A stretch of 64,000 bases of DNA, taken from positions 3,534,001 through 3,598,000 of the forward strand of contig MU004181.1 in NCBI GenBank assembly GCA_010093605.1, given 5' to 3'. Positions 12,937-25,322 of this stretch are shown here, one piece after another (positions within the stretch are counted from its first letter, which is position 1; every line of letters starts with the position of its first letter). The position numbers were made by a program, and so were the translations under genes. Below the pieces are notes generated by a model, which was not told the origin of the DNA, did not search any database, and saw only the letters and a list, made by a program, of their open reading frames with translations. The stretch comes from Lophium mytilinum. Taxonomy: Eukaryota.

Positions 12937-15824
12937 ATGACGCAGACAGCATCGCGCGAGACGAATCTCCCGCAGACGCAGCCACCAACATCCAAAGCGA
13001 CCTCCACCGTCCCAGCGGCCGCCGGAGGTAACCTGTCAAATCCCCTTCGTGCGACTGGCACCCGGTCCACCGAGACACCAAAGCATGCGCCTGATACAAC
13101 CTCCGACAAAGCCACAGCGGCCTTCATTCGACGCACCCTTTGCGCGCATAACGTCCTTTTGGGCAATGGCGAGAAGGGCCGGAACACGCCCCTCCCCATC
13201 GATGAGCTGCTTCCGCCCCTGACGAGCTCCAACGACGTTGATCTGCAGCTCTACGCGATCATTGCCGTGATCATCAAGGAGTTCGTGTACACCTGGTACT
13301 CCAAAATTACGCCGGATCAGGTCTTCGTGAACGAGGTGATCCAGGTCATTGCACACTGTACGCGAGCACTGGAGCAACGCCTCCGCAAGGTCGATCTGGA
13401 GGCCCTGCTGCTGGACGAGATTCCCGAGCTGCTGGAGGCTCATGTGAATGGTCGGTATATCGCAAGCATTGGGCATCACCACGGTCGAGAGCTAACCACC
13501 CCGTACTCCAGCCTACCGCATCTCGCACCAGAGCCTACATCACAATCCACTAGTCTCACATCCTCGGACTATCTACCACACGCTCCACCCGCATCCTGCG
13601 CTCTCGCCTGTGCCGCTCGAATCTGACCCCGCAAGCGTCGCTGCTCAGCAGCAGAACGAGGCGGCATGGCGCCAACTGGTCGTCCAGGGTGTATTGGCTG
13701 TGCTGCTGCCGACGGAAGACCTGGAGAATGGCTGCTTGCGCCTGCTAGTGGCAGAAATCTTCGCCGAGATGATTGTCGGTAACGGCATCAGTGAGAAAGC
13801 GTGCGAGGGCTGGCTGCTCTGGGAGGGTGTCACGAGGATTGCTGAGGTCCTACAAGCGGGCGCCGACGCGGACGACAGGTCATCAAAAGAGATGAAGCCA
13901 GAGCAAACAATGAGCCGTCTGGAGCGATACGGGCTGCTCTCGTCATCCCTCGAGGAGGCCGCCGAGCCTGTCAAGGGCCACAAGACGCCATCGCCGCGGC
14001 GCGCGAGCAGTCATGGGGGCGCGTCGACGTCGGTGGCCAGGGCGTTCTGGCTGGCGGTCCAATACGCATTTTTGGCGTGTAATGCGCTGCGAGCCGTCAT
14101 TGTGGCTCTGGCAACCTGCTCGTCTCTCCCACCAAGATCTGTGGCAGGAGTCAGTGCCCCAGCGTCCACTAGTGAGCATCGCCGATTGCTGCCGCAACCA
14201 GCAGAGGGTGCAGCAGAGGGCGGCCACGGGGCAGGGAAGCGGGCCATGGTCAGCATGAATGTGTGGTCCTGCACGGCGCGATTGCTGTCGCTGGAGCGTC
14301 GCATGCCATGGCTGGCGGGCGTCGTCGCGCTGCTGCACTGGATGGTGGTGCGCGGGCCGGGCAGGGTGGGTGATACAGATGGCGTATTGGATAGGTGAGT
14401 TGCATTCTCACGTCTCTCTCTCTCTGCTCGTTGGGCAGCGCTCGGGGGGGCGCTTGGCCCTGTCTCCGAGGTGCATTTAGTGTCCGCTTCCTTTTGTCAG
14501 ACCGCATCGCCGGTCGGTCACTTGACCTGGCTGCCGCCCAATGGCCGTCGCCATCAGGCGTCGTGCATGCGCCGGCCGTGCCATCCCTCCCGCCATCGCG
14601 GCCCGTGGTGGCAGGCGTCTGGGCTGTGCGTCGCACTGCCGGCCGACTTTGGCTGCACGCCTGCACGCCTGTTACCTGCAACTCGACGACGACATGGACC
14701 AGCGCGCAGCGGGTGGGTTGCAAGCCGCTGCCCGACCCGGCGCCAGCATGGGCTCCCTTCACACCGAAGCTCTCCCCGCCGGACGCGAAGGAGCGGGACG
14801 TCTTATCGCAACGCCTACGCGCCGGCTGATCTGGCTGAGCGCGGCCAGTCCCGTCGCCCGCCTGCGAGAGCCTGGTCAGACCTGGGAAGCACGCAAGCCT
14901 CACTCTCACCACCACCAGGCCACCCGAGGTATGCCACCAAGACGCTGGCTGCGATGTCGCTGGCGCACCATCCCCGCGCGCCCTGAGACACCGGCCCTGC
15001 GAGCCTGTCCGCCGTGCATTGCGACCCCGCGCCGTCGAAGAATTGCTGGCCTCAAAGCGCCGCAACTGGCTCGACGGCACCGCGCTGCTGGACGCTGCTC
15101 GACGCTGCTGGCCTAGCATCTCGTCGCTGTTCCACCATGGTGATTGCGGTCGCGGAGGCAATGTCCTCACATGCACCCGGAGCATCCGCTGATACCGCAG
15201 CCCTCACTGCAATTACCAACCCCATGAACAATCCCAATGTCGCTATCGGCCAGCCATCCATCCCCAGATTCCGCCCTGTGTCACCCGACGGACGACGGTT
15301 GCCCTTCGCAGCGCGCAGCCCTTGTTTCCCCTGTCAAGCTCCGAAACTCTAACGCAACCCTTTTCGCTGCCCATCGTATGACTGACGTTGCTTGGGCCCA
15401 GAACTCACCCCCCCGCTAACGCCTTCTCTTCTCCCACAGGCTGCTCTCGCACACCTTCCACGCTCGCGTCCTCAACCCTTCCAACCTGCCCCCGCTCCTG
15501 CGCACCGTCCGCGCAACCCTCTTCCCCAACAACGGCCTCGCGCCCCCACGGCAGCCTCCCACCCCCGCCGAGGCCCAGGCAATCAAGCACCGGTGCGCAG
15601 CCACGTTGCTGGCGCTGCTGCCGGACCCCGTTGTGGCTACCTTCTACGCGACGCGGCAGCCCGACCAGATGCGTGTGCAGGTCGAGTCGCTGCTCGACTG
15701 TCTCGGCGACGCTTACCTGAACAAGCATCTCGTCTTCGCCATCCTGGAGCTCATTGTCGTGAGGCTGGTGCCCGAGATTGCGGAGAAGGGTGTTGTGGAG
15801 CTGATGGAGGAGCGGTTGGGGTAA
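12937..15824 (+). CDS. PXA-domain protein with C-terminal PXC (sorting nexin C-terminal)-like segment; no PX or RGS domain seen
   Basis: PXA motifs LYAIIAVIIKEFVYTWYSKIT and QGVLAVLLPTEDLEN. Exons 12937-~13450, 13511-14394, 15440-15824. Last exon encodes LLRTVRATLFPNN...NKHLVFAILELIVVRLVPE (PXC-like). Confidence 0.85.
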
Positions 15825-17976
15825 GGCGCAGTAGTAGTTTCCCTTGTTCAAAAGTGGCTTGAAAGGAAACCCTCCAATTCGCATGTACATACTGTGGTAT
15901 CCGGCGTATCTTTTGTGAGTGGGGACTGAGGCGCGTCAGCAACAGGGGATTAAAACACACACCAAAACAAGGGTTTCCACCAATTATTTCTTCAGCATTT
16001 ACGTTACCGCGTAGCCGTGCGCTTACCGAGATGAAAACGCCACAGTCCCCACTCACAAAAGATACGCCGGATACCACAGTACGTAAATGCGGCAAATTGT
16101 TTCGAACTAGCGCCTCATTTTTCTTGAGAGAGCGGCATTATTGCCGAACCCAGCCCCTACCAGCCTCAGCCAGCCTCGCGAAAAAAAGGGTGATCGACTC
16201 CAAGCTCCCGCCAAGCACATCACGCCGTTATTTGCAGTGCGGAGGATCTCCCCCCTTCCCCCCCTCTTTTCTCGGAGGTGGGATTCGGAACCGGTAAGGT
16301 GCATTTTCTGCCGATTTGCCTTGTAGGGCAACACGCGGAAACGAAAACAAGATGAGAAAAGAAGGGGGGGCAAAAAACGGTCCCCCGGGCGGCTATCGCA
16401 GCCTTCTTGTTCGTAGATCTGTGGGTGCCCGGTTGATGGAAGATGGGGGCGATGGAGCTAGTATCCCGTTTTTTCCTTGGTTAAGAAAACGTAGACGTGA
16501 CGGTTGGCTTTGTCTACTAAGCTAGCGTTTCTCGTAGCTTCAATTTGCGATGGCTCTGGAACTCTGGACTAAACTACTGGGACACCCCTTCTGCGAAAAT
16601 CAAATTAAATCTGCCCTGGTTTTGATGCGATTGATGGGTGCAGGTCTATATCTTCAGGCGAGAAATGGGGGGTGCTTGTGAGACACAACCCCCCCACCAC
16701 ACAAAACTCCCCGTCGGTGAATTAGAGCGGGCGGGGAATTCTCCGTGGAGTGGAATGCCCAAAAAGGGCCCAGGCCAGACCCTGTCTAGCTTTTCTCTCG
16801 CAACTGTATGTAGATCGGGGCTGGCTCGCTCGCTCGCATCTGCCCATCGGCTAAGCATGGGGTTCGCAGTATCTGTCAAAGCCCCGTTTTCCATCAATCA
16901 AGCGATCAGTATAGTCGCCGTAGCCCCCCCATGACATCTCCGTGACATCTTTCGTGCAATGCAGGAGTCCGTTTCCTGTCGCCAGCCCTAGACGTCGCCT
17001 AGACCACCATTTCAGCCCTGTGGTACGCCTGAAACTAGCCCTCTTTTCTCGCACGCATTGCACAAGGGTCTACTGTGTTGTCCCCATTCCAGGGCACGCA
17101 CGACGACGGCGATCAGGTACAAAAACGATTTACCAGCAGAAAAGGTGCATCAGATGACGAAAGTGAGGCTGCGCGTAGCCGAAGACGTTTGTTTGTTCGA
17201 GAGCGGCTAAAGCAAAGAGAAACTACTAACGGTGGGTACACACACATGCGCACGTCTCTCTGTGTCCAAAAGCGGCCCGAACCGAAACACCAACACACCT
17301 GGCGACACAAGAGGTGCCCGAAGCGCCCCCCCAAGTCCAACCTGACCCGGCAACCTGCCACCTAGCAATCCCCACCCCCCTAGTTGCTCCATCCCAGGCC
17401 CTTAAGAGCAGTTCAATAAGGAAGAAAAAGAACAAAGAGTAAGCAAAGTAGGGAGAATCTCGTGGGCCGCGCGCGTACCAAAGGCCCCGCTTTCAGGAAA
17501 GGGGAACCAGGAGTTTGCGCGACCAGTATTCATTTCCGGACTAGAGAAAAAGCAAAACAAGGGTAGTTAGTAGACAACGCTTGGATAACGTATGAGAATG
17601 AAACATGCCCGAGAAAGAGGCGCTAAGAAGATGAGATAAGAAGATGGTTAGTAATAATAGAAGGCCCGCGTGAGCAGTTATTCGTCTTTTTTATAGAGGA
17701 AAGAATGGAGAGCGTATAGAGGCACACATAGTGCTTGCTCAGCCGATTGAAAGGCTAAAGAAAAAAAGAAGAAGGGTTGGAAATAGTAAAACAGAAAACA
17801 ACAGACAAGAAAGTCCCATGAAACGATAGCCACAACGTCCGAAAATATGCCGCCCAAAGTGTTGCGAGGATGATGTGAATGATGCTGATGCTGCCGCTAA
17901 CCAATGACCGTAGTGTGCGCCGTCAACGGTTATGAGGGAATGATGCAAGCTCCAGAGTTCCCAAAGTCCAGCCGGT

Positions 17977-18005
17977 TGTAGATGTAGATGTAGATGTAGA
18001 TGAGA
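17977..18005 (+). repeat. (TGTAGA)4 microsatellite in the 3' flank of the CENP-B-type gene
   Basis: tgtagatgtagatgtagatgtagatgaga read directly. Confidence 0.8.
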
Positions 18006-18162
18006 TGTGGCCCCTCGCTTCCTGAATCCAAGCTCTTCCCAAATCCGTTTCTCCTGGATCAATAGAACACCCAGTCCGAACCCATAACAGAAACCCCAGA
18101 ACACGATACGACCAGTCCAATTAGGACTCTTAGACATCTCGAAGACTTTGTAGCATTCTCAG

Positions 18163-19889
18163 CTACTCCACCTTCCTCACTGCATACTCTTGCTCGGGAA
18201 TTCGATGCAGTCCTCCCGGCAAATGCTCTCCCTGCCTCTGCAATTTCAGCTTCTCCATCAGCTTGCCAATGGTCATGTAATCCTGGGGCTCCACGAAGCC
18301 GGTTGGCTGATGCTGGAAGAAGTTCATGACAAGCTCAAGAGCCCGTCGAGCGTCTTCTTGAGACGGTGAAACCGGTGAATTATTCTCCGGACTCATCGGA
18401 GACGAATGCTGTCTCTGCTGGCCGACTGGGAGCACAGCTGGTACGGGTGGAGGCTGCATTGAGCTAGTCACAATCTGTGCCTGCGAGGTTTGCATAGCGT
18501 CGTCCATGCCGCTCAGCGATTGCATCTCCGACAACGGAGATTCGAGGGCGGTGCTGCTGAGGAACTTCGGCGTCATTGGTTCTGATGATGGCGGTGGCGA
18601 CATATACTGCTCCACACCGACAAGCATCGGGAATGTCTGGCTTCGAGGTCGTTGGAAATTACTGCTTCCTGGTTGTCCTCTCGCCTGCTGTGAAGGCATA
18701 AATGGGCTTGGTCCACACGCCGAGTCTGGAGTGAAGAACGGCGAAGTAGGGCTGGTAGGTCCTGCCGAGAAGGATGAAGGAGCAGTGTCAGTGAAAACAC
18801 TCGAAAGAGACGTAGTACTCTGCGAATGGAACGGTCGATGGCCGTTCGTATAGTCAATGAAGCTGTCCGGGCTGTCCGTTTTTAGGTTCTCCTGGCTTTT
18901 CGAGGCTGACATGGTGAGAGGCGAAGGCGCCCCACTCGGCGATATTGGAGAGATGCCGCTGGGCGTCTGTGAGCTGGACGGTGGGTTCGAGTGACCTTCT
19001 GATTCTTCCGCTATTGAGTTCTTTCGAGACTTCGCACCCATGAGATTGTTCTTCTGCTTGAATTTTTCGAGCCAGCTGGTACTGTTGGCCTTGAGGTGGC
19101 TGTCTGAGTTGCCGACTGTCGTCGCAAAGAACCGCGCTTTCTCCCTTATCATGGCATCATTCAAAGGAAGGCCTTGCTTCTGGTGATTCCGGGCCCAGTT
19201 GGACAGGGCCCTTTCGATGTCTGGAAACTTGCCTTTGGATCTCTTCACAGGCGAGCGGCTGCCGTCGTCCTGGTAGAGGTATTTCTCCTTCTGCCGCAGG
19301 ACTTTGGACACAGTACTATACAGCACAATCAACAAATGCAACACCGTTAGATTAATAGTTCAAGTACCTTCTTTCGACACCGAACATAGCTGTCCTTCTG
19401 TCAGCTCGGACGATTCTGCAAGATGCTTGGGCACTTACCTCCAATCTCTGTCTGCTTGACCGTTGGGTGCTCTTCATGATAGAGACACATTCGCCTCCGA
19501 TCCGAGTCGGTCAGAGTCTTCCTTGGGGTCGAGGTGCTGTGCGAGCGGGTCGAGGTCGCTGACACAGGCGTCGCCGACGCAGGCGTGATGGGGACGGGCG
19601 CAGTGGGATACACTGGGGCGACATAGCTCGAGTTGCTCGTCAACATGCTCGGCCATTGAGGCATGATCAAGGGCTGCAGCTGCTGGTGCGTCGTCCTGGG
19701 CGGATGCATCTGGTGAGCTGAATACATGGGCTCCATGGGCAGCGGGGTGAAGGCGAAGCCATTGTACTCCTGGACGGGCGACTGATGCTGCGAGTGAGAG
19801 TAGGCATTGGAGTCGACCCATTGGGCATTGGGGTCGTGGTATCCAGGCTCCTGATGGTGTTGCTCGTGCTCCATACCCATCTGGCTCAT
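18163..19889 (-). CDS. CENP-B-type helix-turn-helix DNA-binding protein (CENP-B_N + HTH_Tnp_Tc5-like), no DDE domain
   Basis: Exons 19889-19439, 19389-19368 (22-nt micro-exon), 19315-18163 give RKTLTDSDRRRMC...KQTEIGAMFGVERSTVSKVLRQKEKYL...KFPDIERALSNW...IREKARFFA...SWLEKFKQKN. The remainder is Ser/Pro-rich. Confidence 0.88.
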
Positions 19890-21496
19890 GTCGGCAGCAG
19901 GCTCAATGCAAGATTGCGCGCGGTCGACCGTGCTATCTGGGAGTCCGTGTTTAGATGTCTGGCAATGGGGGTGGCAAGGCGGGCATTTGCGCCCAACGGT
20001 CGTGTGCCTGGACTAGAGGGAGCTCGTTGTCGGCAGCGTGCATGCATGCATGAGAAGGTGCTGTTCCTGACGAAGCGAAACGCACTGTACCACGCGGAGG
20101 GGGGGCAGGCGGATGGGTGGGCGACACAAGGGGAAACGAAACGAGGCTCGGGCCCAGCTGGGGGCAACGACGTCCTTTTGCAGCACTGGCAGCACTTTGC
20201 AGCACTGGCGGGCAGCAGCAGGTGCGACGGCGGAGACTCTGGGAGTAGATGATGCAGGACGGCGGAGCGTAGCGGGCGGCGAGGTAGCTCTGGCGGGACG
20301 GGTGAAGCGGGAGGGACCGTAAGGTAGATGCGCAGCAAGAGGACCGTTTCGAGCTCCGCAAAAGCCCCGTTCTGCCCGTCGACGACGCCGTGAGCGAGCC
20401 GTGGGCGCCGCGGACAGGGCTCTGCTGCTCGCATGGAGCTGGGGCTTGAGCAGCAGTAACGGCTCCGTCTGGGGGTGAGTGCACGGCGCCGATGGTGGCA
20501 GCTCGCACACGCCCTGGACAGCCAGGAAGCCGGCCTCGAGATGGGCCTCTCGCCGAAGCGACGCTGGGCACGGCGGCCACAGAAAGGCGGCCGCCAGTGG
20601 TGGAGCCAGCGCCAGCAGCGACAAATCGGGAGCCCAGGCGGATATGGTGGCACTCGGGGCCTGTCAAGCTGCTTGCACGGGGGCTCCACGGCTGCTCATC
20701 CTGCTCATCGCAGGCAGCTCAAGCCCAGGACCTGCTGGAACGGCATCCCCCAGCACGCACCACGGCCCCAGAGCGGCCGCCGTCCGACGTCCCTGGCCCG
20801 CCGGCTAAGGTCACTTGGTACCCCAGCGGCATGCCCTGTCTGCCGTGCGCGCAGAGTGGCAGTCGTCGATAGTGCCATGGTGCGGTCGCGGCGCTGGGTG
20901 CTCGTCGCCAATGGGCGCCCTCACTGGTCAGGTACCGGAGCGCAGCCACGCCGCATGGCCAGGGCGTGGGAGGCATGCTGGAAGCGTGCTCTGCGTGTGG
21001 AGCGGCAGCGTGGGCGTGAGCGTGTTGGAGTCGTCGGGCTGTTGGGGCTGTTCCCAGGTTGGAGGAGCGCTGGAGGCATGTTGGAGCGGCGTCTGCGGGC
21101 TGAAACGCATGCCGACATCGCTGCGTCTTGGCCGTCGAAGCCACCGAGACATTTTAGGTTTGAGCTTCAGACGGGGACTTCGGCAGCCACTCACACGCGC
21201 CTCCTCGGCGGAGTCGACAGGGAGGCACCTGGCGAGGCCCCATTTAGCGCTCCGTCACCACCAACGAGGCGCTGCGCCAGGGCCTGTCATCCTAACTCTC
21301 CGACGAAAACTGCCGCCTCCAGCCAATCAGTCGCGCAGACAGGGAAAAAGGGCGTGAAGGCGATCGACGCATTTTCTGCATTTCCGAAATAGCACGCGAA
21401 AAACAATAACGGGTGAGACCATCCCAATCGCACCGCTCACTTTTCGAGACACCCGCCCGCGTGGGCAATCAAGCTCCGTGCAAGCTTCACTGTATT

Positions 21497-21526
21497 ATAG
21501 CGGTTTTTCTCCCTTACACACCTCCG
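21497..21526 (+). repeat. Left terminal inverted repeat
   Basis: ATAGCGGTTTTTCTCCCTTACACACCTCCG matches the reverse complement of 25293-25322 at 29/30 positions; the mismatch is a CpA>TpA change. Confidence 0.92.
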
Positions 21527-21789
21527 TGCTAACACCCCCCCGGATGAGGCCTAGCGGCCTCGCACGGGCGTAACGCCTATACAAATTGAGGTTAGCCGCG
21601 TATTTAGTGTACAAGGAATATAGCAAGAGGGTCCCTGTAGTTTAGCTAGCTAAATAGGGCAATATTAACGGGATTTTTAGCTAAGGTTCCGCGGCTAAAA
21701 AATTACTACCTAGAAATTATTTTTTTAAGGTTTTTTATAAATATAAGTAATAATAAGTTTAATAATAGGTTTCTACTACTCTAGGTAGC

Positions 21790-22970
21790 TTTAAATTAAT
21801 AGGAAGCTTAACTCTATAAGGCTTAGTGTAGTGTTAGAGCCCTAGATAGGCATATACACTTCTAAATACCTAATTTTAAGTAGAATCTTAATAATATAGA
21901 TAAGGAGGTTTACTATTAAGAGACTTAGTAAGTATATATATAGTAGGGCTGCATAGCCTTACTATTAAGCTATTACAGCCTTTCTATTTTAATGCTGTAG
22001 CTAATAGTTTATTAGGTTCCGCCTGTATAAAATCTAATATTTAGCACCTATATTATTTAATATAGATAAAAAGATAAGGTTTAATATATACTCCGCCACG
22101 CCCGAAAAAGTAATATATACTGTAGCTAAGCGCCTAGTATACCTAGAGAGGTACTACTTGCACATAATGCGCATGGGGCGCAGTAGATTCTAGATATTAG
22201 AGGTTTTTAATAGCTTAATTAAGCGGCTATATAATAAGTAGAAGGACCTACTATATTAAAGGCCTTAGCTTAATAAGTATATAACGCTTAAGAGGTATAC
22301 TAGAGCCCTTAAGAGGTAGGGCTATAGTAGAGGTAGAGTATAGAGCTCTATAGATAGTACTTTTTTTAGGTTTTATAGGCCTAAGGATAGTTAATACTAG
22401 CTTACTATATACTCTAGATATTATAAAGGAAATAGACTAAAATATTAGTCTATTATAATACTAGATGGGCTCGCCTCTTATATCTTTCTATCCTTTCTAG
22501 CGCTAAGTAATAATTAGAACATCTATTTATAGTTAGGAGTAATTAAGAGGCTCTAGAACCTCTTTATTAGTAGGCCCGTGTTGTATTTATATAGTAATAA
22601 TGCGTACTAAGAGAGCTATAGATATATTCCTCTATAGAGCAATTAGAGAGGGTTTAGATAGTTAAGCTATAAGTAACTATAGTTAAATTATAAGCTTAGC
22701 AGCGCTAGAATTATAGTAGAGAATACCTTTAGAAAGATTAAATAGCTATTTATATATAATTACCTTAAATAGAGCCTCTAGTATAGTAGCTAGCCGCTTA
22801 CCGCATATTTTATAGTGTTAGTACTCTTCTATAATATTTTAACGTGCCTCTAGAGCATAGTAGATCTAATTATAAAGCGGTTTAATTATAAGCCGCTGTC
22901 TATAGAGAAGTATCTTAGTATAGGTATAGTAGAAGATAGGCCTAAGAATAAGGCTATAGAAAATAGGTAG
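21790..22970 (+). pseudogene. Harbinger/HARBI1-like DDE transposase, RIP-mutated
   Basis: One frame from 22092 to 22970 has no frameshift but many TAG/TAA stops. It reads KRLVYLER...MGRS...V*SSIDST(D 22353)...RP...YSRYYK...KY*SI..LDGL...NN*...YLYSNNAY...LSSARIIVENTF(E 22719)...NILTCL...RF...EKYL. Reversing G>A/C>T gives the IDGT / YSG.K / PDG / YGD.AY / R..VE.AFG pattern of Harbinger transposases. 5' boundary approximate. Confidence 0.85.
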
Positions 22971-23299
22971 TATGCAGGAAACGGGTTATATATAGAAAAA
23001 TAGGTAGTATATAGAAAGTAGATAGTTTCTAGGCTATAGAATAGAATAGAAGTATTAAAATTACACTAGTATATACTAATAGCCTCTTAGTAATTTACTT
23101 AATTTAAACTCTACTAATAAGAACGCATAGATTCTCGCTAAACCTGCTACTGCCTACTATTACCTAAACCTTATTCTTGCACCTGCCTAGCTTAGCAGCT
23201 ACTAATTAGTTAGATTCTCTTATTAAGGCTCTTTTAATATACTTAAACCTAACCTTCTATACTAACCTACTACCCGTTCTATCTACCTCTACGCTTTAA

Positions 23300-24950
23300 T
23301 AGCTGCCTTATTATCGCCTATAGGTTATTATTTACCTTCTACTACTTAGTACGGTCCTTCTATATCTTCTAGTAAAGTCCTGCAATATTGGCCGGCCTAG
23401 AAACTATCCTCTTATAAAGTTTAAGCTTACGGCGCCTTATTTCTAGTTCCTTCTTTCTCTCTTTATATTAGATAGCCTCTTAAGACGCTATAGCATTAAA
23501 ATAGTAGTTAAATAGCTAGTTTATAGCCTCTATAGAATACTAAGTATCTACTACAGCTTAATAGTAAGAAGTATCTAGGTTTATACTAGTATATAGCACT
23601 ATACGTCTCTCTCTATTCTCTTTCTCTTCTCTCTTCCTCTTTACCACGCGCTAGAGGCAGCTAATAGCTACCTTATTCTTCTCTTTCTTCTTTCTATTAA
23701 GCTCCTCCGTTAATTTCTTTTTATCTAAAGCCTTCTTATTTACTATAGTAATAATATTATTAACTCGCGCATTAAATTAATCCGGATTCTTACGCCCCGT
23801 GCCCTTATTCCGGCCTATAAGATAGGCCTCTTAGTAGCCTATCTAGCTCTTAAGAATCTTTAGGCTGCCGTTCTTATATATACTGTTCTTGGCGCTAAAG
23901 ATTATTTAATAGAGATAGGACAGTTTAAAACCTAGTTTCTTTTTATACTTAATTATTATATTCTTATAAAATAACTTATTTAAAGTAGCCTTTATATATA
24001 ACTCTTTGCGGGCAATAAAGAGAGTAGCTATATTAAGCTAGAGGCCTTTATTCTATTCTATAGACTTACTATGCGTCTTCTACTTACCTCTACTATTTAT
24101 ATAGAACTTATAAATTTTACTAGTAATTAGGGCAACGTTCTTATCTATAGGTGCCTTAGTGGCCTTCCTAGAGGCTACTTATTTCTTTAGCGCTACTATT
24201 TTAGTAGGGGTAGAAGAAGGTATATTCTTCTTATTATTCTCCTTATTATTATTATTATCTATTATTATAGGCTTATTCTCTCTATTTTTCTTAGCCTTGC
24301 TATTATCCTCTATAGCCTTCCTATTCTTCTTTCTCTTCCTCCGTGGTGTAGCCTTTCCTTTACCCTTTAGCGCGGCTACTTCCGTAGCTTAAGGCGCGCC
24401 TAGTTCTATAGCCTGCGGCGCGCGCGGTTCTATAATTAAAACCGGCGGCAATAAAGCTATTATAATAGGCGGCTGTAAGGGTGTTAATATAGTAGTTAAC
24501 TATAGAATATACTAAAGAGAAACTAGATAAGTTTAATACATCTTATAATACAGCGGCAGTATTAGAGCTAGTAAGCTCGCAAGTATTAAAGTAATAGGCG
24601 ATAAAGCAATTATATATACTTTTAGCTAACTATTATTATAGTATAGTTGCAGCGCGTACTACTATTACCTCTATAGAGAACTTAAATTCTATAGCGCAAT
24701 GTTATATATATTATAATACTTATAGCCCGTGCTATTATAGAGTAGAGGGGGCCTACAGGCCTAAGGCTAAGAAGGCTTATAGGCCTAAGGTTAAGGAGGC
24801 CTATAGGCCTAAGGCTAAGGAGGCTTACGGGCCTAAGGTTATTAGCTAAAAGGTGCAGGAGAATTATATACCGGCCGCGTAAGATAGAGAGGGGGTAATT
24901 AGGTATCTATAGGTATATACGGGTTATACCCTATATATAGTAGCTAGTTT
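23300..24950 (-). pseudogene. Second (accessory, putative Myb/SANT-like DNA-binding) ORF of the transposon, RIP-mutated
   Basis: Minus strand keeps coding-like runs: Pro/Gln repeat, basic KGKGKATPRRKRKK, N/K-rich tract (de-RIP D/E), IATLFIARKELY...LFYKNI...KETR, GTGRKNPD*FNARVNNII and a coiled-coil-like K/E stretch. The Myb/SANT call is inferred from Harbinger architecture; boundaries approximate. Confidence 0.55.
24757..24840 (+). repeat. 24-bp tandem repeat (~3.5 copies) inside transposon ORF2
   Basis: aggcctaaggctaagaaggcttat / aggcctaaggttaaggaggcctat / aggcctaaggctaaggaggcttac / gggcctaaggtt. Confidence 0.85.
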
Positions 24951-25292
24951 AGATTATTTAAATTACTATAATAACTTATACTAATAAAACTATAGGTATA
25001 AATTAGAATAGTATACGCAACGCGTTAATACGCGATACATCTAATGTTAATTCTACCTATACGCTAAGCTACTACACCCTCCTTCTAAACCTTATACGGC
25101 GATTATTAAGGTGTAGTAAGTACTACACTAAGTGTAGTGCTTACTACACTCCACACTGTTTATAAAGGAATTGTGTAAGCCATCTTATTTCCGTACTAAC
25201 GCGTTAAATTAGTGGCGTACAGGGGCCTCAACACCAACCTTTCCTCTCACGGGCGCGCTAGGCCGTGCGGGGCCGTGCGGGAGGTGTGGCAG

Positions 25293-25322
25293 CGGAGGTG
25301 TGTGAGGGAGAAAAACCGCTAT
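25293..25322 (-). repeat. Right terminal inverted repeat
   Basis: CGGAGGTGTGTGAGGGAGAAAAACCGCTAT, preceded by subterminal GGCCGTGCGG x2. Confidence 0.92.

Larger units (their letters stand above)
21497..25322. mobile_element. RIP-inactivated PIF/Harbinger-superfamily DNA transposon, full length (~3.8 kb)
   Basis: Abrupt AT-rich, TpA-saturated island bounded by 30-bp inverted repeats, with ATT on both outer flanks. Contains a degenerate DDE_Tnp_4-type transposase (+) and a convergent second ORF (-). Confidence 0.9.

Noticed and set aside
19886..21392. Several 180-305 aa overlapping ORFs on both strands
   Set aside because: Arg/Ala/Pro-rich shadow ORFs of GC-rich upstream DNA with no motifs. 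The same applies to 3033-4990, 14250-15350 and 36700-39340.
24159..24392. 77-aa hydrophobic ORF that looks like a membrane peptide
   Set aside because: It is the antisense of the K/E/D-rich part of the RIPed transposon ORF2; the hydrophobicity is a T-rich artefact.
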